Shown: in pieces, positions 6,204 to 6,400 of the stretch
Position numbering within the stretch: position 1 is the stretch's first letter
Layout: every line of letters starts with the position of its first letter
NCBI RefSeq assembly: GCF_006345805.1
Contig: NW_021829394.1
Coordinates: 1 to 6,400 of the forward strand
Length of the DNA: 6,400 nt
Reading direction: 5' to 3'
DNA from: Octopus sinensis
Taxonomy: Eukaryota
Made by a program: the position numbers and the translations under genes
The notes under the pieces: model-generated
The model's input: only the letters and a program-made list of their open reading frames with translations
Told to the model about the DNA's origin: nothing
The model's database searches: none

Positions 6204-6400
6204 TCACTCCATCCCACTCCAACCACTGTTATATTTCTGTTAAAATTTCATTAATTTTCGAGTTGAACACACTTAGAGATTATGTTACACAGCATTTTTT
6301 ACTTATATAATTCATTTTATTTTTACCCGAAACAGAATCAGCTTTGTTATTATTAGTTTATTGAAGGCGGATGACGAATGTTGTGTTGAGGCGGTGGCGG

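Noticed and set aside
6098-6310. ORF with poly-Ile/poly-Ser
   Set aside because: Translation of a compound trinucleotide microsatellite.

Overview
Repeat-dense, non-genic animal genomic DNA, most likely an octopus/cephalopod (inferred from the recalled character of the SINEs and the TA/TG/TATC microsatellite load; not database-checked). No intact protein-coding gene is supported, and most ORFs in the track are microsatellite read-throughs. Contents in order: a full-length tRNA-derived SINE (296-616); a decayed DD37D (maT-type) Tc1/mariner transposon on the minus strand (about 1810-3030) between TG microsatellites; a ~128-bp palindromic MITE-like element (3260-3387); the 3' ~1 kb of an L1/Tx1-type LINE (3508-4513) bracketed by (TATC)n arrays; and four head-to-tail pieces of a second tRNA-derived SINE family (4868-5609). 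The main observations are that (i) the last ~47 nt of SINE copies B/C match the last ~50 nt of the LINE, suggesting a SINE-LINE partnership, (ii) the LINE sits between two (TATC)n arrays, suggesting microsatellite targeting, and (iii) both SINE-SINE junctions resume at a similar motif, TRGC^RGWAT, in the tRNA-derived head, suggesting targeted self-insertion.
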